Shown here: positions 9,151 through 20,400 of the stretch, in pieces
Position numbering within the stretch: position 1 is the stretch's first letter
How the letters are laid out: the number at the start of each line of letters is the position of its first letter
Virus record (IMG/VR): IMGVR_UViG_3300046716_000023
Coordinates: 1 to 54,756 of that record
Length of the DNA stretch: 54,756 bases
From: a virus
Lineage: Duplodnaviria > Caudoviricetes
Reading direction: 5' to 3' (one strand)
Position numbers and translations under genes: made by a program
Notes under the pieces: generated by a model
Databases searched by the model: none
What the model saw: only the letters and a program-made list of their open reading frames with translations
What the model was told of the DNA's origin: nothing

Positions 9151-9923
9151 AGGTCCTCCGGCGGATCAGGTGGGACATAACCTCCCTGACCGGTGTACGG
9201 GCACCCACCTAGCGCGATGACGTTCGGGGCATTTGCATAACCGTTGAAGCATGCCCAGTTCGGATTGTAACCGCGGTATCCCAGCAGATCGGTTCCGATC
9301 CCCGCTGTGAATGCCGGCCAGTTGAGGTTCGCGGCTGGATCGGCGGCCGCGTAGTTCGGGTCACCGTAGCCGACCTCGATCTGGAACTTGATCGGGAAGT
9401 AGATGTCCTGGTTGCCGCCGTTGAAGAAGTACTGGTTGCCGACACGAACGATCAGGTTCCCACCACCGAGCCCCAGCGCGAACCCATTGCCGATCCGCTG
9501 AAAGCCCTGATTACCCTGGATCATCGCGTTCATGGACGGTGTAAACCCAGGGTTCGGGATCGTCGCGTAGTACGCGAGGAGATACCCGCCACGCCACATC
9601 CCACGGACACGCCAGGAGTTGTAGACGGTCTCGTCACCGATGATCTGCGGCGTGGTGAAGTACTGGGTCAGATCAGCGTTGGCCATGTTGTCGACCCAGA
9701 GGTTCGACCACGTGAAGCCACCCAACACCGCGGGTCCCGAACCACTCGTCAGATTGAACGGCGTGTTCTCGAAGTAGTGGTAGTAGTCCTCCGCGATGAG
9801 CCTGCGTCCCGTCGCCTGGAAGAACTCCAACTCCGACGGGATGTGCAGCGGCTCGTCCTCGCGCATCGTCAGCAGATGCCCGGGTTCGTCGACGTACCGT
9901 TCGATCGTCGGGTGAACGCTCAT
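9147..9923 (-). CDS. probable tail-tip or virion protein
   Basis: Follows the tail hub gene; G/N/Y-rich. Confidence 0.55.
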   Translation of the reverse strand: MSVHPTIERYVDEPGHLLTMREDEPLHIPSELEFFQATGRRLIAEDYYHYFENTPFNLTSGSGPAVLGGFTWSNLWVDNMANADLTQYFTTPQIIGDETVYNSWRVRGMWRGGYLLAYYATIPNPGFTPSMNAMIQGNQGFQRIGNGFALGLGGGNLIVRVGNQYFFNGGNQDIYFPIKFQIEVGYGDPNYAAADPAANLNWPAFTAGIGTDLLGYRGYNPNWACFNGYANAPNVIALGGCPYTGQGGYVPPDPPEDL

Positions 9924-12900
9924 GCCGGGACTCGCGGACGGATGAGCGGGATGTAGAAGACCCAGGAGTTCCCGATCTTCGTGAGCATCACGATCGTGCC
10001 CGCTGTGATCTTCGCGGTCGACTGGAGTCGCGGCGTCTTGGCGGTCACGGTCTCCGCCGTAACCTCGCTGAAGTCATCGGTCTTGTAGCGCTTGATCTGG
10101 ACGCTGTCCTTGTTCGCCGAGTCCGTTGCGACGATGCCCATCGAGAACGGGTTGTCGATCGGGAGGACCCACGCAGTACCATCGTTGGCCACGTAGACCG
10201 GGAGAACCTGACCGTCGAATACGGAGTTCTCTCCCATCTTCCGACCGATACGGTTTCCAGCAGAGGTAGAGAATGCCGACCCGACTTCCGCCAGGGACAT
10301 GCTCACATAGTGGTCCTTGTTTCGATCCGGTGAGACGTAGACGTCGTGGTTCGTCCCGGTCCAGAAGCCGGCGTAGTGTGGCATGAGGTAGGCGTACTTC
10401 GACTCGTTCGAGAACGTCGGGTGGTTAGGCTTCTTGAAGGTGTCCGGCCAGTGACCGGTGTTCGGATCTGCCGTGACACCGGCCAGGAACGCGCCACGAT
10501 AGTCGTAGTCCGCGCCTGAGTCCAGTGGTGCGTTGGCTGCCTTCCATTCCTGGAACTTCGACTCCTGATCGACGGTCAGCGCGGTATTCCACCTGGTGTC
10601 GTTGGGATCCGGAGTCACGTCGAAGTCTGTCGGATCTCCATCCTCGTCGACCCGCATCGTTCCGACCATCGTCCCGCCGCGGGAACTCGTGGAAGAGCTG
10701 CTGCCACCCTTCGTGGCGTAGAACGTCCCGTCCTCCGCCTTGTGGACGACGACCTGGTCACCCTCCTGGATCGGAGTGCCGGAGATGTTCTGGACCTTGA
10801 CCTCGGTCTCGTACACCTCACCGTTCGCGTTGTTGCTCTTGTAGAGCTTCGCGTTGAACACCCCACCGATCGGTCCCGCCGGAGTCTCTGCGGTAGTTGC
10901 GACGCCCACGTGCGTCTGCTTCTCTGAGAGACCGAGGTCCAGTGCGGAGACCTCGATGATCTCCGCGATGTCGTCCCCAGCGGAAAGTGAGAGCGCGGCA
11001 GGTGCTGTGTCCCCGGTATCATCGAGGTAAGCGTAATTTGATTGAGTCGTGTTACCGACGACAACCGGGGTCCACAGCAGCGCCGTGATCTGGTTTTCCT
11101 CCGTGTCATGCTCCAACTGTTCGATCATCGCGTTCGTGACCAGTTCCGACAGCGTAGACTTCACGTCATCGTACACGGTCATCCCAATCGCGTCGAGGTC
11201 CCCGATCACCCGTAGCTTCCGCCACGCGTTCGACCATCGGTAGAACCAAAACTGCGCGGTCTTCTGGACGAGGGTCTTGTGACGGTAGACGTAGATCTCG
11301 AGGTCCCGCTTCTTCCTACCGTACGCGAGCACCGACGTGGCATCCTTGTAATGCAGGCGTTCCGGGTGCTGCTGACTCCCACGCCGATGCCACGTCACCC
11401 ACAGATCGTTGGTGATGTTCGTGGTCTCAGTGCTGGTGACCTGGACCGTTCCCTCGAGGACCGTGTCTTCGTTATACGTGAAGGGGATCGATGCCGGAGC
11501 TACGCTGAGGTACTTGAGGTATGCCGTGCTCCCGAGAACCGAAAGACCGCAGCGACCCTGGAAGGCGATGTCGCCGGCGACCTGCAGCGCGTCCTTCCGC
11601 GAGGTGAACGAGAAGTTCATCGGGTAGTTCGCGCACGCGGTCTTCACGGCGAGGAATGATGTCGGGTCGACCGTGATCCCCGCTTCGGTCATCAGGTCGG
11701 AGATGATGTCCGAAACGTTGGGTCCCACGGTGGTGACCAACGTGACGAAGATGTCGTCCTGCCAACCCGTTCCCCGGGCGGACAGCGGCTTCTCGAGGGT
11801 GATCGTCGTGCAGGCGCGTCCGGCGATCGTGTCGTTCAGGTCGACTGTGTAGAAGTCTGCGGGAACAACAACCAGCTCTCTTGCCCGACCGCCACGACTG
11901 TCCAGCTGAACCTCACGCCAAGCTCGGACCTGTAGCACAGAACTGCTCGGCACATCATTGGCCACGTACACCACGTCGGTGACCAGTCGAATTGGTGTCC
12001 CAGCGGGCCACAGTGTCTCATTGACGTCGAGAACGCCGCGAATATCTGCGCGTGCCCCGATCGTGATGTAGTAGAGTCCCGACGGTACGATCCAGGGGAA
12101 CTGGCCACGGGTCGCGTCGCCCTTCTGGTAGAGGATGTAGTTCTTGTTGCCCACGAACGATGGGACCGAGAACGTCCCATAGATGTGGGTGAAGCTCGGG
12201 CTATTCACATCGCTGACCGCGCCACCGTCCAACGTGTCGCTGCTGTCCAGCAGGAAAAGCCAGTTGCCAGCGATGATCTTGCCCTGCGTATCCCACGCAG
12301 CGTACCGCGGATCTGCCTCCCACGTGTTGTAGTTGTTCGGGTCCTGCTCGATCGAAGTCAGGGTAGACCGATCAATCGAGTAGATGATGCCCTTACTGTC
12401 GTTGCGGCTCTTGATGTGAAAGCGGAGGATCACAGTGGGATCTGTGGAGATCGACGTGAACGTCCCGGTCATGTACTCGTTCCCGATCTCGACCTGTACC
12501 TCCGTGTTCAGCGGGAACTCTACATCGTCCGCAACCTCGATGTCGACGTGATCGAAGGTGGGTTGGAGCTCGCGGATCAGCGTACCCTTCGGGGCATCCA
12601 CCACTAGGACCGCAGGTGCGTCGACCGGCGTTCCGTAGCACCGAGGCCACGGCTTGTTCCACGCGAACTCCTGCAGACCCGAACTCTCGTCCGGTGCGAA
12701 CGGAACCTCGGTGTCGCTGTTGCTTTCGTAGAACGCGACGATGTCCAACTCGAACGTGCGGCTGTCTTCACTCCAGACCACCGGGCTTCCGACCCGCCCT
12801 ACCATGAGCTCGACCGGATCCGAGACGTTGCCGTCGAAGATCTGGAGTACCCTGGCCCTTCGACCCTCGAGCCGCGTGTTCCCGATCAGGCTCAGGAAGT

Positions 12901-13129
12901 AGAAGTCCTCGTCGCTGAACTTGACGGAGATCGATCCCGCCGTGGCAGGAGCTCCCTCCGCGATCTGCATGTTCGCGTTGCCGAGCTCCATGATCCGACC
13001 ATCGGTACCGTCGAGGTCGCGATCGGCGAAGGTCAGGAGACCGGCACCGGTGTCGATCTCCACGAGGATGAGGGACTCGTGTCCGTCAGTCGTGGCAGCG
13101 ATCAGGTTAGCGGCTGAGACTGTCCTCAT
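9920..13129 (-). CDS. tail tip / baseplate hub (central tail) protein
   Basis: 1069 aa downstream of the tape measure; WPRCYG and DPTSF...YPMNFSF hub-like segments. Confidence 0.7.
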   Translation of the reverse strand: MRTVSAANLIAATTDGHESLILVEIDTGAGLLTFADRDLDGTDGRIMELGNANMQIAEGAPATAGSISVKFSDEDFYFLSLIGNTRLEGRRARVLQIFDGNVSDPVELMVGRVGSPVVWSEDSRTFELDIVAFYESNSDTEVPFAPDESSGLQEFAWNKPWPRCYGTPVDAPAVLVVDAPKGTLIRELQPTFDHVDIEVADDVEFPLNTEVQVEIGNEYMTGTFTSISTDPTVILRFHIKSRNDSKGIIYSIDRSTLTSIEQDPNNYNTWEADPRYAAWDTQGKIIAGNWLFLLDSSDTLDGGAVSDVNSPSFTHIYGTFSVPSFVGNKNYILYQKGDATRGQFPWIVPSGLYYITIGARADIRGVLDVNETLWPAGTPIRLVTDVVYVANDVPSSSVLQVRAWREVQLDSRGGRARELVVVPADFYTVDLNDTIAGRACTTITLEKPLSARGTGWQDDIFVTLVTTVGPNVSDIISDLMTEAGITVDPTSFLAVKTACANYPMNFSFTSRKDALQVAGDIAFQGRCGLSVLGSTAYLKYLSVAPASIPFTYNEDTVLEGTVQVTSTETTNITNDLWVTWHRRGSQQHPERLHYKDATSVLAYGRKKRDLEIYVYRHKTLVQKTAQFWFYRWSNAWRKLRVIGDLDAIGMTVYDDVKSTLSELVTNAMIEQLEHDTEENQITALLWTPVVVGNTTQSNYAYLDDTGDTAPAALSLSAGDDIAEIIEVSALDLGLSEKQTHVGVATTAETPAGPIGGVFNAKLYKSNNANGEVYETEVKVQNISGTPIQEGDQVVVHKAEDGTFYATKGGSSSSTSSRGGTMVGTMRVDEDGDPTDFDVTPDPNDTRWNTALTVDQESKFQEWKAANAPLDSGADYDYRGAFLAGVTADPNTGHWPDTFKKPNHPTFSNESKYAYLMPHYAGFWTGTNHDVYVSPDRNKDHYVSMSLAEVGSAFSTSAGNRIGRKMGENSVFDGQVLPVYVANDGTAWVLPIDNPFSMGIVATDSANKDSVQIKRYKTDDFSEVTAETVTAKTPRLQSTAKITAGTIVMLTKIGNSWVFYIPLIRPRVPA

Positions 13130-16100
13130 GACGCTAGCGTCCCTTCGAACTCCAGGGTGAACTGACCACCGCGGTCACGCGTCTCTTCGGAGAGATCGAT
13201 GTCGCTGCTGGTGATGTACCCGATCCACTTCCGGTTCTTCTCGTCCAGGTAGTAGATCTTCTTGCCCTTGCACACGCGCAGGAAGTTGCGAACCTGCTCG
13301 AGCTTCAGGTAGGAGAGGGACTCGAACGAGATCGACTGTGGCTCATAGGTAGGGGTTCGCGCATGCGGGCGGAGCTTGCCGCCACGGGTCCGGTTGACCT
13401 TCACCTGCAGCGCTTGGCGCCTGGAGTTCCCGTACTCCGGCCGCTTGAGCTGAACCGTGAGCGAGAGCGACGGGAGAGGTCCGATCAGATAGACCACGTT
13501 GACGTCGTCTTCCGAGGTCGGGAGCGGACGCTCAGGCGTGAATGAGGGTTGGCATCCCTCATCCGCCTTCATCGCGACGAGGCCAACGATGAAGTTCAGG
13601 ATGCTAGACATCGTCTTCTTGAGCGAGGCGTTGTACGTCACCCGGGAGACGAAGGCGATGGACTGGGAGATCGTCTGACGCTTGACGATGTTGACACCGA
13701 CGATCCCCGAGAACGCGATCGCGTTCGCCATCGCACCGGTGATCGTGCGGTTGAGTCGCGAGGTGAAGTTGATCGTGTGCGCCAGATCCTTGATTGGACT
13801 CTTGACGCCCGACAGAGTCGACGTGATGTTGATCGTCTGGTAGATGTCCTGTGAACCAGCGCGACCCTCGAGGTGCTGCTCGAAGTGGATCGTGCTGGCC
13901 ATGTCACGCTGACGAGCGAAATTCAGTCGCGACGTGAAGTTGATCGTCGAGAAGAGACCGATGCCGCGGATCGCGGAAAGTACACCGCTGAACGTGATGG
14001 TGTTGGAGAGGACGCGCTGCTGGGTCGACAGGATGCTGGTGAAGTTGATCGTGTTGAACATCACCGCGGCGCTGCCCTCGATGAGGTCCGACGAGTAGAA
14101 GAACTCCTCTGACCCACGCATCTGGCCGGCGACGCCACGCGAGAAGTTGTACGAGGTCCCGTAGCTCGGACCGTGGATCGTCTGCACCGAGTCACGTGTG
14201 TTGGACGTGATCTGCGTGTGGACCCAAACCGGCGTGCTACCACGTCGCGCAGACGTCACACCGAGTCCCAGACCGGCGGATGCCCAGCACGCGATCGGTT
14301 GACGACCGTTCAGCGAGAGCGACGGGAAGTCCTGGTCCGAGTCGATGTCGGAGTGTACGTACTCGACCGTGCTCCACGTGGTAGTCCGCTTGTAGTAGAC
14401 CACCTGCACGGAACCCGTGCTCGTTGCCCCGCGCTGACGGCAGAGTAGGTGGACGTAACCGAGATCGTCGACCGCGATCGAGAGACCGGACTGGTAGTCT
14501 TGGATGTTGTTGCCACCGTATCCAGTCGCGATCAGCTCCTCGGTACCCCATGCACCGCCGGAATACTTGCGGTAGTACAGATTGTGCGTCCCGCTCTTCC
14601 TGATCGAGTAGCAGCAATGGATGTTGCCGGATGCATCGAGGCAGGCCGCGACGCGGCGGAACTTCTGCGGACCGGTGCCCGATGCATCGCCGTCCTTGAG
14701 CAGAACAGACGTAGCCCACGTGACGAGGTCCGTGCTGGTCTTCGAGTACACCCGTCGATCCGAGGTCGACGTGATGTAGCCGAACACCAGCATGTACGTA
14801 GCACCGGTGTACAGGATCTGGAAGCTCTCGGACTGCGCGATCGGTTCGTTGAGCTGCTTCTTGAGAACCCAGACCGTGCCACTCCACTGGTACACGTAGA
14901 AGTCGTCGTTGCTCGGTCGGGTGACCACGAGCACGGGTCGATCCGAAGCCCCGACGCACATCGCGATGCCGGCCGGGATCCACGTGGGTCCGACCGATGT
15001 GACCGTCCACGTGACGCCGCGATCGGTGGTGTACGCGGCCTTGAGACTTCCGCCTTCGTAGTACGAGGTCCAGATCGCTCCCGCAGCGGTGCGGATCGTC
15101 TGGCGTCCACCACCGACGATGTTGGTCACCGTGGTCGCGACGATGCTCCTGGTGATGAAGCCCTGCGCGCTGAGAGTCTGGAAGAAGTTGATGATGTGCG
15201 AGAGCGTCTTGTTGTAGGTCTGAACGACATCGCTGTCCGAGATCGCGATGGAGAACGTGAGGCTCGTGGTGGAGGTCGCGCCGGAGGTCTCGGGACCACC
15301 GTGCATGTTGATCTGATCGCCTTGCGCGAACGTCTTGGAGTGCGTGATGTCGTTGTTCGTGTTGATGCCAGCGCCGGTTCCAGCTCCAGCCAATGTGCAG
15401 GTCAGCGAGCTATCGACGCCCGTTACGCGCAGCGTATACGGGCAGGTCTTGCTCGCACCGGGACCCGCATTCGCTTTGACGTAGAGCGCCTGCGCGTAGA
15501 ACACCCCGGGCAGCGTCGCGCGAGGCGCGGCATTGCTGCCGTCATTCGGGTCGGTCGTACCGATGGTGTTGTGGTTTACCGGTGCGCCGTTGCCGTGAAT
15601 GGGGTAGTACACATCCGCTACACCCGACTGGCGGGGATTGGAGTTGGACGAGTAGAAGAAGACTGGCTGACCGGTTCGCGATCCGCTAGGCGTGAAGCGC
15701 ATGCTGAGCGAGATCGTGTTGCTCGGGAAGGCGTCCGTGTGAACGCCGCGCCAGGAGATCGTGTCACCCGCGACGACCGAGACGGAGTTGGAGAGGTCGC
15801 TGGCCTCGGAGGCGAGTGCGGCGATCGTGCACGTGACCCCGGTCGAACTGCCGTTCTTGAACAGCGTGACCACGTAGGTCTTGCCGCTCGCCATCGCGGT
15901 CTTCGTCTTGACGTACAACCTGTCCAACGTGCCCGCGCAGGGCATCACCATCTCTACCGCAGCGCTGGTCGTCTGAGCTGCGCCGCCACCAGTGGTGGAA
16001 CTGAAGAACGTGGTCTGCGCGCTGAAGCTGACCGCACCCATCCAAACCATGCAGTCGCCGGTGGTCGTCGGAGTGAAGACCATCGAGACCGAATAACTGC

Positions 16101-16458
16101 GAAGCGTTCCACCGCTATTGTTGGTGATCTGCCAGCTGAGCTTGTCACCAGCTGCAATTGCGACGCTCAGACCCGTGACCGAGATCGAGGATCCGTTCGA
16201 CGCGATCGTACCGGTGACGGCCGTCGAAGAGCCGTTCTTGAAGAGGGTGATGACTGACGTGCCGGTGCCTACCACGGTCGTCTGACGAACGTAGAGTGCA
16301 GTGACGTTACCAGCTACCGCGATGATCGCCTTGGACTGCTCGTCCAATGACGTGCCTGCACCTGCGGCCTGCGACATACCGTCGCCAGACCAGTACTGGG
16401 TCGACGACGCGCCGCAGCGCATTTGAGGGCAGAGGATCGGGTAGGTAGCAATCGCCAT
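13126..16458 (-). CDS. modular tail protein: three beta-rich repeats, Asp-box propeller, repeat stalk and C-terminal distal-tail-like domain
   Basis: Repeats LYV...TLFKNGSST...AGD; Asp-boxes YTTDRGVTW and TSTDLVTW; TINFTS repeats. Confidence 0.7.
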   Translation of the reverse strand: MAIATYPILCPQMRCGASSTQYWSGDGMSQAAGAGTSLDEQSKAIIAVAGNVTALYVRQTTVVGTGTSVITLFKNGSSTAVTGTIASNGSSISVTGLSVAIAAGDKLSWQITNNSGGTLRSYSVSMVFTPTTTGDCMVWMGAVSFSAQTTFFSSTTGGGAAQTTSAAVEMVMPCAGTLDRLYVKTKTAMASGKTYVVTLFKNGSSTGVTCTIAALASEASDLSNSVSVVAGDTISWRGVHTDAFPSNTISLSMRFTPSGSRTGQPVFFYSSNSNPRQSGVADVYYPIHGNGAPVNHNTIGTTDPNDGSNAAPRATLPGVFYAQALYVKANAGPGASKTCPYTLRVTGVDSSLTCTLAGAGTGAGINTNNDITHSKTFAQGDQINMHGGPETSGATSTTSLTFSIAISDSDVVQTYNKTLSHIINFFQTLSAQGFITRSIVATTVTNIVGGGRQTIRTAAGAIWTSYYEGGSLKAAYTTDRGVTWTVTSVGPTWIPAGIAMCVGASDRPVLVVTRPSNDDFYVYQWSGTVWVLKKQLNEPIAQSESFQILYTGATYMLVFGYITSTSDRRVYSKTSTDLVTWATSVLLKDGDASGTGPQKFRRVAACLDASGNIHCCYSIRKSGTHNLYYRKYSGGAWGTEELIATGYGGNNIQDYQSGLSIAVDDLGYVHLLCRQRGATSTGSVQVVYYKRTTTWSTVEYVHSDIDSDQDFPSLSLNGRQPIACWASAGLGLGVTSARRGSTPVWVHTQITSNTRDSVQTIHGPSYGTSYNFSRGVAGQMRGSEEFFYSSDLIEGSAAVMFNTINFTSILSTQQRVLSNTITFSGVLSAIRGIGLFSTINFTSRLNFARQRDMASTIHFEQHLEGRAGSQDIYQTINITSTLSGVKSPIKDLAHTINFTSRLNRTITGAMANAIAFSGIVGVNIVKRQTISQSIAFVSRVTYNASLKKTMSSILNFIVGLVAMKADEGCQPSFTPERPLPTSEDDVNVVYLIGPLPSLSLTVQLKRPEYGNSRRQALQVKVNRTRGGKLRPHARTPTYEPQSISFESLSYLKLEQVRNFLRVCKGKKIYYLDEKNRKWIGYITSSDIDLSEETRDRGGQFTLEFEGTLAS

Positions 16459-16473
16459 TGTTCACCCCGAAAG

Positions 16474-16510
16474 CCGGTGGGGCGTCAGGCTTTCGCCGCT
16501 ACCCCACCGG
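16474..16510 (-). other. intergenic stem-loop without U-tract
   Basis: CCGGTGGGG (16474-82) pairs with CCCCACCGG (16502-10). Confidence 0.5.
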
Positions 16511-16556
16511 TGAAGAGAGGGAAGTCCCGCCGTGCCGGGACTGCTCGCCGCGAGGT

Positions 16557-17417
16557 CTAGCTCGCGGTCGTGCTCAGGGTGTACGTGAGCTTCAGCGTGT
16601 CGCCGTTGCTCACCGTCTGGTTGCCGCCGGAGAACGTGGCGGTCATGAACAGCGTGCCCGTGCTGCCCGACTTCGTCGACACGGACGTGAGGAACCCGCC
16701 GGCCACCGTGCCGGAACCGTTCATCGAGAAGTCCGAGGTCGTGTTGCTCGTGGTGCTTCCGGCCGCGGCCGCCGTCTCGTCCCACGCGACGCGGTTGGTC
16801 TGCGAGTACGTCGTGTACTCCGTCCAGCCGGCGTGCGAGGCCATCGTGTCCGCCGCGGCGAGCGTCGGCGTCGACGAACCGTTGATCAGGCCGAGGTACC
16901 ACGTGGTCACCTGCGTGCCCGCGTGGAACTCGGTGTCGAGGATGTGGTTCAGCCCGGCGGTCGTGACGCCGTTGATCTCTGCGGTCCGCTCGGAGACCAG
17001 CTTGCCGTCCTTGTCGTACTGCTGGCTGGTGAGCGTGCCACCGATGACGAGCAGCATCGCGACGCCGGTGCGGATCGCCCACCGCTTCGTCCAGTTCCAC
17101 GGCATGAAGCGCATCACGTAGGCGATGGCCGCCCGTGCCTTCTTCGCGAGTCCCTTGAACGACAGGACCAGCGACTCCCCGATCGTCTTCGCGCCACGCT
17201 CCGCCTCGATCCGCATCTGCAGCTTGTTGCGCAGATCGATGAGGTCGTCCGGCGGGAGGTTCTCGAACTCCGCCCGGAGCTGTTCGAACGAATGGAACCG
17301 ACGCAGACGGAGGTCGAACTCCCGCTGCGCCGTGCGCTTGGCGAGGTCCGCCACGCGCGCTGCCTCCTGCTCCGGCGTCAGCCGGACCTTCTCGACGTCG
17401 ATCCGTCCTGCGTCCAT
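16557..17417 (-). CDS. virion/tail protein with N-terminal helical extension
   Basis: C-terminal domain WYLGLI...AADTMASHAGWTE...GDTLKLTY, typical of phage structural proteins; strong GC3 bias. Confidence 0.65.
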   Translation of the reverse strand: MDAGRIDVEKVRLTPEQEAARVADLAKRTAQREFDLRLRRFHSFEQLRAEFENLPPDDLIDLRNKLQMRIEAERGAKTIGESLVLSFKGLAKKARAAIAYVMRFMPWNWTKRWAIRTGVAMLLVIGGTLTSQQYDKDGKLVSERTAEINGVTTAGLNHILDTEFHAGTQVTTWYLGLINGSSTPTLAAADTMASHAGWTEYTTYSQTNRVAWDETAAAAGSTTSNTTSDFSMNGSGTVAGGFLTSVSTKSGSTGTLFMTATFSGGNQTVSNGDTLKLTYTLSTTAS

Positions 17418-17418
17418 T

Positions 17419-20400
17419 TCACTTCCTCCTGGTGAGAGCGGGTGCTTCGCCACGCTCGATGTGCCTCTTCAGATCCCTTGCCAGCTTCCGAGCATCTGCC
17501 TTCTTCGGTCCACCACCCTCGGAGCCGGCATTGATGGTAGTGCCCCGCATGTCCACGTTCGTCGTGTTGCTCGTGTTGTTGCTCGTGCTTCGGGGTTCCG
17601 ACGGCGTGATCGCCGGGGTTCCCTGAAGCAGAAGGTTCTTCAGGTCCGCATCCTTCAGCTTCGCGAGCAGCTCGTCCGGTGCCGCCGTGAGCTCGAGATG
17701 CAGTTCCTTCGCCTTCTCGATCATCTTGTCCAGCGCGTTCAGCGCCGGGTCCGACTGGACGTTGATGAAGAACTGGCTGTCGGCCTCCAGCTTCATGATC
17801 TTCTCTTTGAGCGCCTTGAGCTTCTCATCGGTCGGAAGCTTGCCCAGGTCTTCGAGCGCGCGACCCACATCGACGATGCCCTGCTCGAACTTCTTGAAGT
17901 GAGCTTCGACGTTGTTGGCCGCCGCGGTGAACGCCTTCTCGGCCTTCTCCGCAGTCTTCATCCGGTCTTCGATCGCGGACTTCTCTGCCGCGTAGACCTT
18001 GTCCATCTCCCCACGCAAGCGCTCGAGGGCATCGACGATCTTGGCGCGGTTCTCCTTCGTGTTCGCGCCTTCGACGCTGAGGATGGACTCGTAGACCCCG
18101 GACGCCTCTTGCAGAAGCCGCTGGACCTCGTCTCGATCGCCGATCTTCGCTGCGCTGTTCGCTCGACCTTCGAGAAGCTGACCACGATCGATCCGCTGCT
18201 TGACCTGTTGCTCCGGCGTCCGGTCCGCGTCCTTGATCTTGTCGATCGTCTGCTGGACCGAATCGTCGTATTTCTCCTGGTCCTTGATCAGGTCCTTGAG
18301 TTGCAACCTCATCTTGTTGAAGAGCGTCTTCTGCTCTTCAGCGAGGTGGTGGTAGCCGGAGATGATGCCCTTGACCGTGTCGCGATTGTCCGTGAGCCAC
18401 TGCTTGAGCTGCTTGCCGCCGTCCTTGACCTGATCGGTCAGCGTGTCCGTGAAGAGACGCCTGATCATTGCGCCTTCATCACGCTTGGGGTTCAGTTCCT
18501 CTTGCGCCTTCTTCAGCTTCTCGATGTCGGCCGCGGTCTTCTTGGCGTGGTTGCCGTTGGCCTTGATGAACTCACCGAGCTGCTCTTGGTCTTCCGCCGC
18601 TTCACCCGAAACCTGGTCGAGGTCCGCGATGTCCTGCTGCAGCTTCTGCACCGCCTTGCGGTTCGCGGCCATGCCAGACTTCTCCCACGCGACTCCCCAG
18701 TCCGTGAAGATGTCAGTGAAGCTCTTGCCGGTGTCCTTAGCCGACTCCACCGTGAATTCCGTGAGACTCTTCAGCGCCTTCTTGACCTTCTCCTGTCGCT
18801 CGAGGATTGCTTCATCCCCGGTGTACTCGTACATCGCCTTGTTGTACTGCTCCATGATGAAGGCGATGCCGGTCGCGATCCCACCGATCAGGGTTTTGAA
18901 CCCGTTACCGATGGTCTTCAGGATGTCCCACACATCCATCAACACGCCTTCGATGATCATCAGGACAGCCTGGAACGGCGCAAGGAAGAGGCGAACCGCG
19001 AGCTCGATCCGCTTGAACGCGGACTCGATCTTCCGCATCGCGTTCTCGACGCCACCTGAGTCCTTGATCCACTCGTTGAAGGTCCCCATGACCGACTCGC
19101 CGAGCTCGATCATCGAGATCTTGAGCTGAGCGATCAACCGGTTCCACTTGACCTCGGTGGTGTCCATCATCTTGGACGTGGCTTCGTCGCCCACACCGAT
19201 CCGGTTGGTGAGATCCTCCATGATGGACTTCAGAGCTTCGAACTGGGCGCCGGTGATCTCACCCCACGCGCGGAGCTCACGGAAGTCGTCGGTGATCTTC
19301 TCGATGAGCTGCGGGTTCTTCTGCAACGCGTCGTGGATCTTCTCAATCTGCTTCAGCAGGCCTTGACCCTGGACGAACTCCGGACCCGTGGCGATGCCGA
19401 GGTCCTTCATGATCTTGACGGCTTCGGGACCCTGCTTCGAGATGAACTTGAAGAGGTTGATCACCATCGTACCGGCCTGCTCGGGACCCTTGGTACGGGA
19501 CAGCGCGGCGAACGTTGCGAGCATCTCCTGCACGCTGACGCCCGCGGTCCTCGCGACGGCGGCCATCTTGCCGATCTCACCCGCGAACTGATCCACCTCC
19601 ACGCGACCACGGTCGGTCATCACGAAGATCATGTCACGCAGCCGGCTGAACGATGCCGTGCTGAGGTTGAACGCGTTCTTCATCATGGCCAACATGTCAG
19701 CGGACTTCTCGATACTGACGTTCTGGGCGACGGACAGTTTGCCCGCCTCCTCCATGAACTTCATCGCCTCCTTCGGATCGACGTCGCTGGAGATCGCGAT
19801 CCGGAAGCCCTCAGCCGAGGCCATCGGCGAGAAGCCGAATTCCTTCGACAAACGCTTCACCTGCTCGGTCAGTTCGGGGAGCGTGGACTCTCCGTCCTTG
19901 ACGAGAGTCATGATCCTGGCCATCGAGTGTTCGAACTCGATCGCGCTCTTGGCTGCGAGTCCGATGACCGCGCCACCGAGCATCGCCAGGAGACCACCGA
20001 CCGAGGAGGTCATGAACGCAACCGCGTTGCCCGCTCCCTGAACCGCACGACCGAGAGCGAGGAAGCCCTTCGAGGCGAGAGACGTTCCCTTCTCCATCGC
20101 CTTGAAGACCTTACCAACTTGGGCCTCACCACCGACCCAGTCGCGCACATTGAAGAGATCACGAGTCCAGAGTCCCTTCGCGGAACCGATGTACTTCTTC
20201 GCATCCTTGTCCGGCATCCGGGCGTACATCTGGTCCATCTCGCGGTTCGCGAAGCGAGCGTGCCTACGCTCTGCCTCCATGTCCTGCTTCCGCTCCGCGG
20301 CGTGCATCTGCTCTCGCGCCCGAACCGCCTCGTCGAGGTTCCGCTTCATCAAGCGGAAATGGGCGAGCTCCGCCTTCTCACGATCCTTGAGCTGCGTAAG

